In this document: one piece after another, positions 1 through 8,066 of the stretch
How the letters are laid out: every line of letters starts with the position of its first letter
Numbering within the stretch: the stretch's first letter is position 1
Assembly (NCBI GenBank): GCA_024402405.1
Contig: JAKSTW010000004.1
Location: 6,253-70,252 of the forward strand
DNA from: Spirochaetia bacterium
GTDB taxonomy: Bacteria > Spirochaetota > Spirochaetia > CADAEX01
Reading direction: 5' to 3'
Length of the DNA: 64,000 nucleotides
Translations under genes and position numbers: made by a program
The notes under the pieces: generated by a model
The model's input: the letters and a program-made list of their open reading frames with translations, nothing else
Database searches by the model: none
What the model was told of the DNA's origin: nothing

Positions 1-120
1 CTGTTCATCAGCGTCAGGACCGCAGAGAACCACAAGGCTAATATAATGCAGAAACTTGGGTGTAAGAATACTGTGGAACTGGTGCGTTTTGCCATAGATA
101 TCGGGCTGATAGATATATGA
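1..120 (+). CDS. 3' end of a LuxR/FixJ-type HTH (response-regulator-like) protein, partial
   Basis: Open frame from the window edge ending at TGA 118-120. C-terminal sequence ...NHKANIMQKLGCKNTVELVRFAIDIGLIDI resembles a GerE/LuxR HTH. Confidence 0.45.
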   Translation: MFISVRTAENHKANIMQKLGCKNTVELVRFAIDIGLIDI

Positions 121-1094
121 AAAAAATATTCAGATTCTGCTGCTGTATCTGTATGCTGATGCTGCTGTTCGCCTGCAGCGGAAAAACAGCTGGAGATAAC
201 AAGAAAAAGTATTTCAATCTTTTTACCATTAAATCCTCATATCTGCGGACTCCTTTTTATAATGCCGGAATTTCACTGGCATATATAATAAATAAAAATA
301 CTGAATATATTGCCATGAACAGTTCTTATGGACTTTCTGAGAATGAGAAGATACAGTCATTGGTTGATGGCAGTGCCAGTGTGGCTTTTATTTCTGGTCC
401 TGAGGCATATATGGCATATTCCGGACATCCGGATTACTGGGATGACTCACAGAATATCAGGGCTCTTTTCGGATTTATTCCTACTGTTTATAACTGTGTG
501 GCTTATAGATCAGCCGGTATAAAAACACTGGAAGATCTGTCTGGAAAGCAGATCGTCCTGGACTCTGTACAGACTGTTACCGGGAATCTCCTTGCCTATC
601 TTCTGGAACTGAATGGAATCACTGGTTCCAACACCCAGATTTACCGCATGAGAGAAACTATAGGAGAAAATCTGTTTAAAAGGCAGGATGTGGATGTCAT
701 GTGGTATCCAATGGGGCGTGAGCATGCTTTTTTCAGGGATATCAATGTGAAGAAAGATACAGGCGATGTATTTTATCTGATTCCCTGCCTGGAGAAGAAT
801 AAACTCAAAGAATTTTTATCTGTATATCCTGTTTTCTATACTGATTCCTTCAGCCACGGTTCAATTTCCTGTGAGAAGTCTCTGATGGCTTATTCATGCT
901 TGGCTTGTTCCGGGGATATGGATGATGAGCTGGCATACAGGATCACGAAACTCTGGTTTGAAAATATAGATTATATCGGCCAGTTCTTTGATTCATACCA
1001 TGAGGATGATGCCAGAATGTATGCCTGCAATGTGCCTCTCCCGTTTCATGCCGGTGCTGAACGGTACCTCCGTGAATCAGGACTTCTTAAGTAG
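117..1094 (+). CDS. TAXI-family TRAP transporter substrate-binding lipoprotein (putative)
   Basis: 325-aa ORF with signal peptide and lipobox (LLFACSG). Central segment MNSSYGLSENEKIQSLVDGSASVAFISGPEAYMAYSG matches the TAXI pattern (GGS-eN-..L..G.aD.A..qsD.aY.A..G). Confidence 0.5.
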   Translation: MKKIFRFCCCICMLMLLFACSGKTAGDNKKKYFNLFTIKSSYLRTPFYNAGISLAYIINKNTEYIAMNSSYGLSENEKIQSLVDGSASVAFISGPEAYMAYSGHPDYWDDSQNIRALFGFIPTVYNCVAYRSAGIKTLEDLSGKQIVLDSVQTVTGNLLAYLLELNGITGSNTQIYRMRETIGENLFKRQDVDVMWYPMGREHAFFRDINVKKDTGDVFYLIPCLEKNKLKEFLSVYPVFYTDSFSHGSISCEKSLMAYSCLACSGDMDDELAYRITKLWFENIDYIGQFFDSYHEDDARMYACNVPLPFHAGAERYLRESGLLK

Positions 1095-1270
1095 CTCATC
1101 TTCTTTCAGAAACAGGTGGCATTTGCATATTCCACTGGATATAAACTCATCACATGGGCACAGGGTAGTGTCATCTGTTTTAAGTCTGCATGGACAGTGT
1201 CCATTTTTATGCTGTATTCCGGCGATTATCTGCGCCACATAATCTTTGTCTGGGTTGAGTCTGAATCCTT

Positions 1271-1588
1271 TCATCTGAAGAAGCCCTCCAGCTTTGATTT
1301 AAGGGTTGCGGCAGGAAGGTAACCTTCAGTTCTGGCCATTGCTTTCCTGTCTTTGAATACGATCATGGTAGGTACTGCATCTATGTTGAATTTCTGTGAC
1401 AGTTCCGGACACTGATCGGTATCGATCTTGAGAATGTCCAGTTCAGGCATATCCTCTGCCAATAATTCCAGTTCCTTACCAAGCATTTTGCATGGACCGC
1501 ACCAGGTGGCGAAGAAATCCACAAGCACAACAGGTTTCGCTCCGGAGAGCATCTCATTGAAATTCTTATCCGATACAAACTTTATCAT
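1271..1588 (-). CDS. trxA: thioredoxin
   Basis: 105 aa with WCGPC active site and typical thioredoxin length and layout. Confidence 0.9.
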   Translation of the reverse strand: MIKFVSDKNFNEMLSGAKPVVLVDFFATWCGPCKMLGKELELLAEDMPELDILKIDTDQCPELSQKFNIDAVPTMIVFKDRKAMARTEGYLPAATLKSKLEGFFR

Positions 1589-1651
1589 AAGCGACTCCTT
1601 ATATTTAATATAATCATATTAAAGAAAGATGTTAATATTTGAATAATCTTA

Positions 1652-1680
1652 TTGACAAAGATTTTATGGGGCTATAAAAT
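1652..1680 (+). promoter_or_regulatory. sigma-70-like promoter for the tRNA cluster (TTGACA-17-TAAAAT)
   Basis: TTGACA at 1652-1657, 17-nt spacer, TAAAAT at 1675-1680, about 20 nt upstream of the first tRNA. Confidence 0.35.
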
Positions 1681-1701
1681 TCGTTATACTTATAATTAAA
1701 T

Positions 1702-1786
1702 GGAGAGGTGGCCGAGCGGTTGAAGGCGGCGGTCTTGAAAACCGTTGATGTGCTAGCTTACGTGGGTTCGAATCCGGCCTGCTCCG
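1702..1786 (+). tRNA. tRNA-Ser (anticodon TGA)
   Basis: Cloverleaf with long variable arm, anticodon loop cTTGAaa, GGTTCGAATCC T-arm. No encoded CCA. Confidence 0.85.
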
Positions 1787-1799
1787 TTTTTTTTTGTTT

Positions 1800-1886
1800 G
1801 GAGAGATGGCCGAGAGGCCGAAGGCGCTTCCCTGCTAAGGAAGTATACTGGTAACGGTATCGGCGGTTCGAATCCGCCTCTCTCCG
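1800..1886 (+). tRNA. tRNA-Ser (anticodon GCT)
   Basis: Long variable arm, anticodon loop cTGCTaa, GGTTCGAATCC T-arm. Confidence 0.85.
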
Positions 1887-1900
1887 TTTCTTTTATTTGT

Positions 1901-1974
1901 GTGCCCATAGCTCAGCTGGATAGAGCGCCAGATTGCGGATCTGAAGGTCGGAGGTTCGAATCCTCTTGGGCATA
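1901..1974 (+). tRNA. tRNA-Arg (anticodon apparently GCG; anticodon reading uncertain)
   Basis: D-arm TAGCTCAGCTGGATAGAGC and T-arm GGTCGGAGGTTCGAATCCTCC resemble bacterial tRNA-Arg. Anticodon loop tTGCGGa. Confidence 0.75.
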
Positions 1975-2006
1975 TTTTCCTCCGACCAAATAATATGAAA
2001 GTTTAT

Positions 2007-2693
2007 TTAATCACAGATAAGTGTTCCTGAAAACTTCTTGTCTTCAAGGATATTCTTGAGGTTTGGTATATTCTTGCCATCAGCCACAATGACATTGAGA
2101 TTCAGGTCTGCGGCTTTCTTTGCAGCGATAGGATCAAACGGCACATTCTTGCCCGGAACCCATTCATCACCTACCAGAGCCCGGAATTCTTTCCATGTCA
2201 TTCTGTCCATAGGAACAGCATCAGGATTTTTCTTAGGATCATCTGAATAGACTTTTGCGATATTTGAAAGATTGACAACAGTCTTTCCTCCGAATTTCTC
2301 AGCCAGGTATACTGCATCAAAATCGGTTGAGAAACCTGGTTTCCAACCTGCACCTACCAATATCCGACCTGTGAAGCTTATATCGGCTGACGGATCAGTG
2401 ACTACAGGATCTGTGCATAATGAGCCGAAGACTGATTTGACCAGCTGTGCATTCAATCTGGTTGCGGCAATACCTATCCAGTCCTGTACATCTGCCGGGC
2501 TTTCCTTAACGATCTCTCTGAATGCTTTCTGATAGATTCTTGCAGGAGCTCCGCCACCTATGACCAGTATAAGTTTTCTTTCCTTATCTGCGTCCAGATA
2601 ATTTTCCACAAGATCTCTGAATTTCTTTAAAAACTCTGTGTCGACTCCCTCAGGAGCCACAATAGAACCACCTAATGATAAAATTTTAACCAT
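2007..2693 (-). CDS. amino-acid-kinase-fold UMP kinase, archaeal-type subfamily (putative)
   Basis: 228 aa. Motifs GGS near N-terminus, VIGGGAPARIY, ATRLNA, and NLSNIAKVYSDDPKKNPDA resemble archaeal-type PyrH rather than bacterial PyrH. Confidence 0.5.
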   Translation of the reverse strand: MVKILSLGGSIVAPEGVDTEFLKKFRDLVENYLDADKERKLILVIGGGAPARIYQKAFREIVKESPADVQDWIGIAATRLNAQLVKSVFGSLCTDPVVTDPSADISFTGRILVGAGWKPGFSTDFDAVYLAEKFGGKTVVNLSNIAKVYSDDPKKNPDAVPMDRMTWKEFRALVGDEWVPGKNVPFDPIAAKKAADLNLNVIVADGKNIPNLKNILEDKKFSGTLICD

Positions 2694-2730
2694 GAGACAA
2701 ATATAGGATTAATAGTATTTTTGTTCAATC

Positions 2731-3537
2731 TTATTTTATGGCTGCCTGATATAATGGGTAAACCTGCTTGGCGATTACTTCCAGATCGCTGATCCTGGAT
2801 CCATGAGAAGGGTGAGTGCTCATTATCTCAGGTGTTTTTGAAGAGCTGAGCTTTTCCATTTTTTTCCAGATATTTACTGCCTCGTATGGATCATAACCGG
2901 CTCTTGCCATAAGTTCTGTTCCCATGTGGTCTGCTTCTGTCTCGTGTGATCTGGAGAATGGCAATGATATACCATACTGTGTTGCCATGGCCAGCAGACT
3001 GCTGCCTGTATTGCTTAAGCCGACGATCTGTGATGTTACAGAGATTCCCAGATTCAGCAGTGCTGACTGACTGGCCTGTTCCCTGCTGTGTTCCTTGAGC
3101 GCATGTGAGATCTCGTGACCCATTACAGCGGCCAGTTCTCCGTCTGTCAGCTTCAGGGAGTCTATGATCCCGGTATAAACTACGATTTTACCGCCAGGCA
3201 TGCACCAGGCATTTACAGTCGGATCTGTGATCACATTTACCTGCCAGTCCCAGTTTACTGCATCTGCCCTGAATACCGTGGTCTGTGCAATAAGACGGTC
3301 GGCTATGTTCTTTACCCTTGCAGTGACCTTTGCATCAGCATTGAGTTTTCCTGCCTTCTTAGCCTCAGCCAGAACCTGTGCATAGGATGAATTTGCACTT
3401 TCCTCCATAGTTTTCTCAGATATGAGAAGCAGCTGTCCTCTGTCTGCTCCTACGGAACCTGCTGATGTGGCTGAAGTCAGACATGATGTGAATATGAGTG
3501 AGACTGCAAGACAGAGTATGGAAAGAAAATATTTCAT
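2731..3537 (-). CDS. M48-family zinc metalloprotease lipoprotein (YggG/LoiP-like)
   Basis: 268 aa with signal peptide and lipobox and an HEISHALKEH (HExxH) motif. Confidence 0.7.
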   Translation of the reverse strand: MKYFLSILCLAVSLIFTSCLTSATSAGSVGADRGQLLLISEKTMEESANSSYAQVLAEAKKAGKLNADAKVTARVKNIADRLIAQTTVFRADAVNWDWQVNVITDPTVNAWCMPGGKIVVYTGIIDSLKLTDGELAAVMGHEISHALKEHSREQASQSALLNLGISVTSQIVGLSNTGSSLLAMATQYGISLPFSRSHETEADHMGTELMARAGYDPYEAVNIWKKMEKLSSSKTPEIMSTHPSHGSRISDLEVIAKQVYPLYQAAIK

Positions 3538-3594
3538 AGTTTGTACCTCGGTTTGAGTAAATAATATCCGATTATAAATTCTGTGAAAATACTT

Positions 3595-4980
3595 TTATCT
3601 TCTTTTTTCAGAAAGCTTTCTGGTCAATATGAAGGCTGATGTTATGATAAGCATGGTGAATATGAAGGCGTCACGATGGGCATGCAAATATGCGCTGCTG
3701 TCTCCGGATGCCATATATACCTGTTCTCGTGCGGCTATTATGGCAGTACCTGTGGCTATGCCAAGACTCTGCCCGAAATTTCTAAGTGTGCCTATCATTG
3801 CAGAGGCTGTTCCTGCTGAACCCTCAGGGACTGAACATAGTATGCATGCATTGATGGCTGCTACGCTGAATCCGTTGCCTGTTCCTATGAGAAGCATGGC
3901 AATGGAAGCTGTCAGTTTTCCGTAATTTGCATCAGAAAGACATATGAGTATTATGCTGGCACATATTATTGCAAGACCGATGGATGCTGATTTTTTGGTG
4001 CCGAGCCTGTCAGACAATGTGCCGCCTACCGGTGAGAATATCATCATGGTGACAGGACTGAGGAGCATTATCATACCTGCTTCTGTAGCAGTGAGTCCCA
4101 GCACTTTTATCAGGAAGAATGGCATCAGATAGATCACTGACTGCTGTGTGAAATAAGAGCAGATGCACACTGCATTGGCATACGTAAAATCTTTTATCTT
4201 AAACAGTTTCAATGGAAGAAGATAAACCTGGGAATTGAGTTCTGTCCTGATGAACAAGACAAGGGATGCAGCTGCTATGACCATACATGAGAGAAATTTT
4301 ACTGAAAGTCCACCCCAGGAATTGCTGTTGTTCAGGGCTGTGATGAAAGTTCCTGTAAAGACAGCAAAAAATACAGTTCCCTTTGTATCTATTTTAACCT
4401 TTGTGCTTGTTTTGCTGTCAGCCGGAAGAACCAGCATTGCTGCTATGAAGCCTGCGATACAGAAAGGAATATTCACATAAAATATGGAATGCCATGAGAA
4501 GAAGTCGATGAGAAAGCCTCCGCAGGTAGGGCCGGCAGCCAGACCGATTGAGACAAACACTGAATTGATGCCTATAGCTTTGCCGCATTCTTCTCTGCCG
4601 AATGTTCTTTTCACTATGGCCTGTGTGATGGATACCAGTATGCTGTATCCCAGACCTTGAAGAGATCGGAACAGTATCAGAAGTCCAAGGTTCCGGGAAC
4701 ACAGAGGAGCCAGCCAGGAGACTGCACCGAACAATGCAAATCCGAACATGAACTGCTTCCTGTAACCAAGCATATCGCCAAGACGACCGAAAAACAGCAG
4801 GGTACAGCATGGAATCAGGTTATATAACAGAGACAGCCAGCTTACTGATGCCTGCGAAACGCCGAATTGGCTGGCGATTGTCGGCAATGCCAGATTCATG
4901 CTGTTTATAGAAAAACCTGCTATGAAATTAGCGGCGCCGACTACCCAGAATATAAGCCATTTGGAATTCTTTATTTCCAT
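3595..4980 (-). CDS. MFS transporter (DHA2-like, 14-TM)
   Basis: 461 aa, highly hydrophobic with repeated TM segments and an MFS motif GRLGDMLGYRK. Confidence 0.7.
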   Translation of the reverse strand: MEIKNSKWLIFWVVGAANFIAGFSINSMNLALPTIASQFGVSQASVSWLSLLYNLIPCCTLLFFGRLGDMLGYRKQFMFGFALFGAVSWLAPLCSRNLGLLILFRSLQGLGYSILVSITQAIVKRTFGREECGKAIGINSVFVSIGLAAGPTCGGFLIDFFSWHSIFYVNIPFCIAGFIAAMLVLPADSKTSTKVKIDTKGTVFFAVFTGTFITALNNSNSWGGLSVKFLSCMVIAAASLVLFIRTELNSQVYLLPLKLFKIKDFTYANAVCICSYFTQQSVIYLMPFFLIKVLGLTATEAGMIMLLSPVTMMIFSPVGGTLSDRLGTKKSASIGLAIICASIILICLSDANYGKLTASIAMLLIGTGNGFSVAAINACILCSVPEGSAGTASAMIGTLRNFGQSLGIATGTAIIAAREQVYMASGDSSAYLHAHRDAFIFTMLIITSAFILTRKLSEKRR

Positions 4981-5852
4981 CTTTTTTTGCCGACTTTGAC
5001 CATCATATCAAGCTTGACAGAATATGGGAAAGTTTCTTTTATCTCTCTCATGGCTGCTTTGCGTATCTTGCCTATCATCTCGCCGCCTTTGCCTATGAGA
5101 ATACGCTTCTGGCTTTCGGTATCTACTGTCAGAAATGCCCTGACCCATAGTCTTTCCATGCCGTTCTCTTCCTGCATCTCCATATCTGCTATTTCTACAG
5201 TGATACAGTGGGGGATCTCATCCTGTGTGCGGTTGATGACTTTTTCTCTTATTATCTCACTTATTCTGAAATCGACTTCCTGATCTGTGTAGTATTCCGG
5301 AGGATACATCATGGGACCTTCCGGAGCAATGTCGAACAATGCATCCAACAGCTGCTCGGTTCCCGAACCTGTTTTTGCCGATACTGAGAATATCTGTGAC
5401 GGCTCTGCATTCAGCGCTTCCTGAAAAAATACGGATCTGTCATGAACTGCATCAGCCGCTTTGTCTCCTGCCTCTTCCATGATGGTGTCCAGCTTGTTCA
5501 GAACGATCACCAGTTTTTTTCCTGCTTTCCCTATTATTTCTGCCAGGGCTTTCTCTTCCTTGCCGGGCTCACGGGTCATATCTGTGACATAAAGTATTAT
5601 ATCTGACTCATCTACAGCTGAGAGCATGATCTCCTGAAGCTCTATGTTGGATTTTTTTTCGCTGTCGTAATAACCCGGTGTATCCAGAAATACGAACTGT
5701 CCGCGGTCAGCAGTATATATGCCTCTGATCTTGTTTTTTGTGGTCTGTGGTGTGCGGGATACAATAGATACTTTGTGTCCGCAGATATAATTTATTAAGG
5801 TTGATTTTCCTGCAGAGGGTCTGCCTGCAACAGTTATAAAAGCTGATTTCAT
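4971..5852 (-). CDS. era: GTPase Era
   Basis: G1 GRPSAGKST, G3 DTPG, NKLD, and a C-terminal KH domain. ORF-track start at 5888 trimmed to the Met preceding AFITVAGRPSAGKS. Confidence 0.88.
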   Translation of the reverse strand: MKSAFITVAGRPSAGKSTLINYICGHKVSIVSRTPQTTKNKIRGIYTADRGQFVFLDTPGYYDSEKKSNIELQEIMLSAVDESDIILYVTDMTREPGKEEKALAEIIGKAGKKLVIVLNKLDTIMEEAGDKAADAVHDRSVFFQEALNAEPSQIFSVSAKTGSGTEQLLDALFDIAPEGPMMYPPEYYTDQEVDFRISEIIREKVINRTQDEIPHCITVEIADMEMQEENGMERLWVRAFLTVDTESQKRILIGKGGEMIGKIRKAAMREIKETFPYSVKLDMMVKVGKKRWK

Positions 5853-5864
5853 TGATGATAGAGT

Positions 5865-5895
5865 AAAAAAAAACGGCCACTTTTTCAAGTAGCCG
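5865..5895 (-). terminator. rho-independent terminator after Hsp20
   Basis: On minus strand: stem cggctac/gtggccg followed by a 9-nt T-run (plus-strand A-run 5865-5873). Confidence 0.5.
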
Positions 5896-5921
5896 CCAAT
5901 TTCATGGGAGGAAATTGAAAA

Positions 5922-6353
5922 TCAGTTGATCTTTATTGTTCTTGGAAGTTCCTTCTCTTTTTTAGGTACTTCCAGTCTGAGAAGACCATTCTCAAAAGTT
6001 GCCTTGATTTTTTCAGCATCGATGTCTTCAGGCATTGAGAAAGATCTGAAATAACTTTCCTGTCTTTCACTCATGATATAATGTGCTTTATTCTCAGTCT
6101 GTTCTGCAGAGGTCTTTTTCTCTGCCTTGAGAGTCAGCCTGTTCTTATCCATTTTTACTTCCAGCTCTTCCTGTGTGAAACCCGGGAATTCAGTCTCGAA
6201 GATGTATTCTGACGGTGTTTCAGTGATATCTGTCAGAGGAACCCTGCTTTTTGTCTTTGCTGTCTCTGCAGGGGCGAAAAAATCATCGAAGAAAGTATCC
6301 CAGAAAGGGGTTGCTGCCTTGTGCATTGGTCTCATTGTCATAATGTCTGTCAT
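5922..6353 (-). CDS. small heat-shock protein, Hsp20/alpha-crystallin family
   Basis: About 143 aa with an alpha-crystallin domain. GGAGGA lies 7 nt upstream of the internal ATG at 6353, which is the likely true start. Confidence 0.85.
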   Translation of the reverse strand: MTDIMTMRPMHKAATPFWDTFFDDFFAPAETAKTKSRVPLTDITETPSEYIFETEFPGFTQEELEVKMDKNRLTLKAEKKTSAEQTENKAHYIMSERQESYFRSFSMPEDIDAEKIKATFENGLLRLEVPKKEKELPRTIKIN

Positions 6354-6405
6354 ATTTTTATCCTCCATAATGGTTTTATGTTTTTTGCTTTACACTAATA
6401 TGAGT

Positions 6406-6421
6406 TGCAAGAGTCGTGCCA
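6406..6421 (-). promoter_or_regulatory. sigma-54 (-24/-12) promoter, TGGCACG-N4-TTGCA
   Basis: Minus-strand reading TGGCACGACTCTTGCA, about 40-55 nt upstream of the Hsp20 start. Matches the TGGCACG-N4-TTGCW consensus exactly. Confidence 0.5.
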
Positions 6422-6508
6422 ACTTAAGATTATATTTTGTAAATCATTATTACATAATAAAATATTTTATTATGAGCCTTTGCGGTATTTTTTCTGACAG
6501 GCAATGAT

Positions 6509-6569
6509 ATTGTATCAGAATGACACTGTGGTAAAAAAACGATCTACCTGTGTATCATTCTGATACAAT
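6509..6569. promoter_or_regulatory. 15-bp perfect inverted repeat pair; candidate enhancer/UAS or operator
   Basis: ATTGTATCAGAATGA at 6509-6523 and its exact reverse complement at 6555-6569, with a 31-bp spacer. Lies 90-160 bp upstream of the sigma-54-like promoter. Confidence 0.35.
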
Positions 6570-6572
6570 GTA

Positions 6573-8066
6573 TTATTTTGACATACCATAATGGTGCGAT
6601 TCCAGTGCTGGTGCCAGTCTTCCATTTCTGAGGAATGAAATAGCTCCATGCCCACAGCAGATATAAAATTTATCCGCACCTTCTGACATATAACTTTCTG
6701 CAATTTCAGTCAGGTCTTCTCTTTCTTTTTTTGCCAGCTCCCTGTCTACATTCACGGAGGTGAGGAACAGATCTGCCAGCTGGTTGTATCTTGCCCTTTC
6801 CCTGGAGATGCTTTTCATGTTCAGCATACTGTCAGCAGTGAACAGAAGATTGCAGTCTGGTTCCAGCAGGAACAGCTGTCCGTACTGGTGTCCGCCATGG
6901 CTTTTCAGCACATAGAAATCCATGCCGCAGGCTTTCAGACGGCCTACAACAGGGAAGGCTCCTATTTTGTCCAGATCTGCTGGCTCAAAGTCCAGCTGCC
7001 GGTCAGGCGGAAGCCATCTGGAGAATGCGCCTATCATGGTTGTATAAATGTGTTCCAGCCGTGAATCCGCATTGATGGATTTATATGCTCTGTTTCCGCT
7101 TTTTATCAGGTCGATTGTTCCGCGGTATGAGTAAGGAACCATTTTCAGATATCCTGCACCGCCGCAGTGGTCTGAATCCCCATGAGATACAAACAGTTTT
7201 TTCGGTTTATCGTCCTGCCACAGGTCTAAAGAATGGAGCATTTTCATTATGTCATCGTGGTAGATTCCATATCCTGTGTCTATCATGAGAGTCTCATCCG
7301 GTGAGTCCAGCAGGTAGATATTTCCACCGCATGGTGGTTGGAAACAGTGCAGGGTTGTCTGTGGTGTCACCTGCAGTATCTGATGTTCTGCATAGAAATT
7401 TTCTCCGGAAGTTTTCAGCAGAGTCTCTCCGTTCTCATAGATCTTCAGGAAAACATCCTCAGGGTCATATCCCAGCTTTTTCAAACTGAATGCGATCTCA
7501 TTGATTTCTGTCAGAAATGATATGATAAGTCTGTCATCATGCCAGCCGGTGAATTTCCTTAGTTTATTTGCGTAGTTGATATAGAAAATAGTGCTGCCAA
7601 GATCATCATCTGAAGGAGTGTATTCCACAATGCTGAGCCTGAACTTCAGCTTGAGATGATCCAGAAATATTTTTATGTTCTGACTGTTATCAGCATTGAG
7701 CATAAGTGTCATCTGATCTTTCTTATGCTGATCTTTGCCGTCATATTCTATAAATGATATAGTGACATCTGATTTTGCTGCCAGTGAGAGAATTTTTGCA
7801 ACAGGATTTTTTTGTTTTGCAATATTGATTTTCAGCTTTATGAAGATAGGTTCCTGGATCGAGGTCAGCATGAATCCGGATTTTTTCAGTTCTTCCTGAA
7901 GTTCCAGAGAATTATTGTCAATATCGAAGAATACTATGTTATTGTCAATTTTGCTGTTGTATATCACTTTATTGATATTGCATTTATTGTGAGTGAGTAT
8001 GGATGTTATTTTTTTCAGTTTGCTGCTTTTATTTATTCTGGCAACAAAAGAAAAACTTGATGTCAT
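6573..8066 (-). CDS. MBL-fold metallo-hydrolase with a roughly 240-aa N-terminal domain of unknown function
   Basis: 497 aa. C-terminal half carries the SHGDSDHCGG metallo-beta-lactamase motif. N-terminal half has no recognisable motif. Confidence 0.5.
   Translation of the reverse strand: MTSSFSFVARINKSSKLKKITSILTHNKCNINKVIYNSKIDNNIVFFDIDNNSLELQEELKKSGFMLTSIQEPIFIKLKINIAKQKNPVAKILSLAAKSDVTISFIEYDGKDQHKKDQMTLMLNADNSQNIKIFLDHLKLKFRLSIVEYTPSDDDLGSTIFYINYANKLRKFTGWHDDRLIISFLTEINEIAFSLKKLGYDPEDVFLKIYENGETLLKTSGENFYAEHQILQVTPQTTLHCFQPPCGGNIYLLDSPDETLMIDTGYGIYHDDIMKMLHSLDLWQDDKPKKLFVSHGDSDHCGGAGYLKMVPYSYRGTIDLIKSGNRAYKSINADSRLEHIYTTMIGAFSRWLPPDRQLDFEPADLDKIGAFPVVGRLKACGMDFYVLKSHGGHQYGQLFLLEPDCNLLFTADSMLNMKSISRERARYNQLADLFLTSVNVDRELAKKEREDLTEIAESYMSEGADKFYICCGHGAISFLRNGRLAPALESHHYGMSK

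Noticed and set aside
6369-6572. CIRCE (TTAGCACTC-N9-GAGTGCTAA) or sigma-32-type heat-shock control of Hsp20, and likewise upstream of htpG (19895-19941)
   Set aside because: No CIRCE-like inverted repeat is present at either site. The only strong signal upstream of Hsp20 is the sigma-54-type element.
6515-6703. 62-aa minus-strand ORF
   Set aside because: It spans the stop of the MBL-fold gene and the 15-bp inverted repeat. It is more parsimoniously non-coding regulatory DNA.
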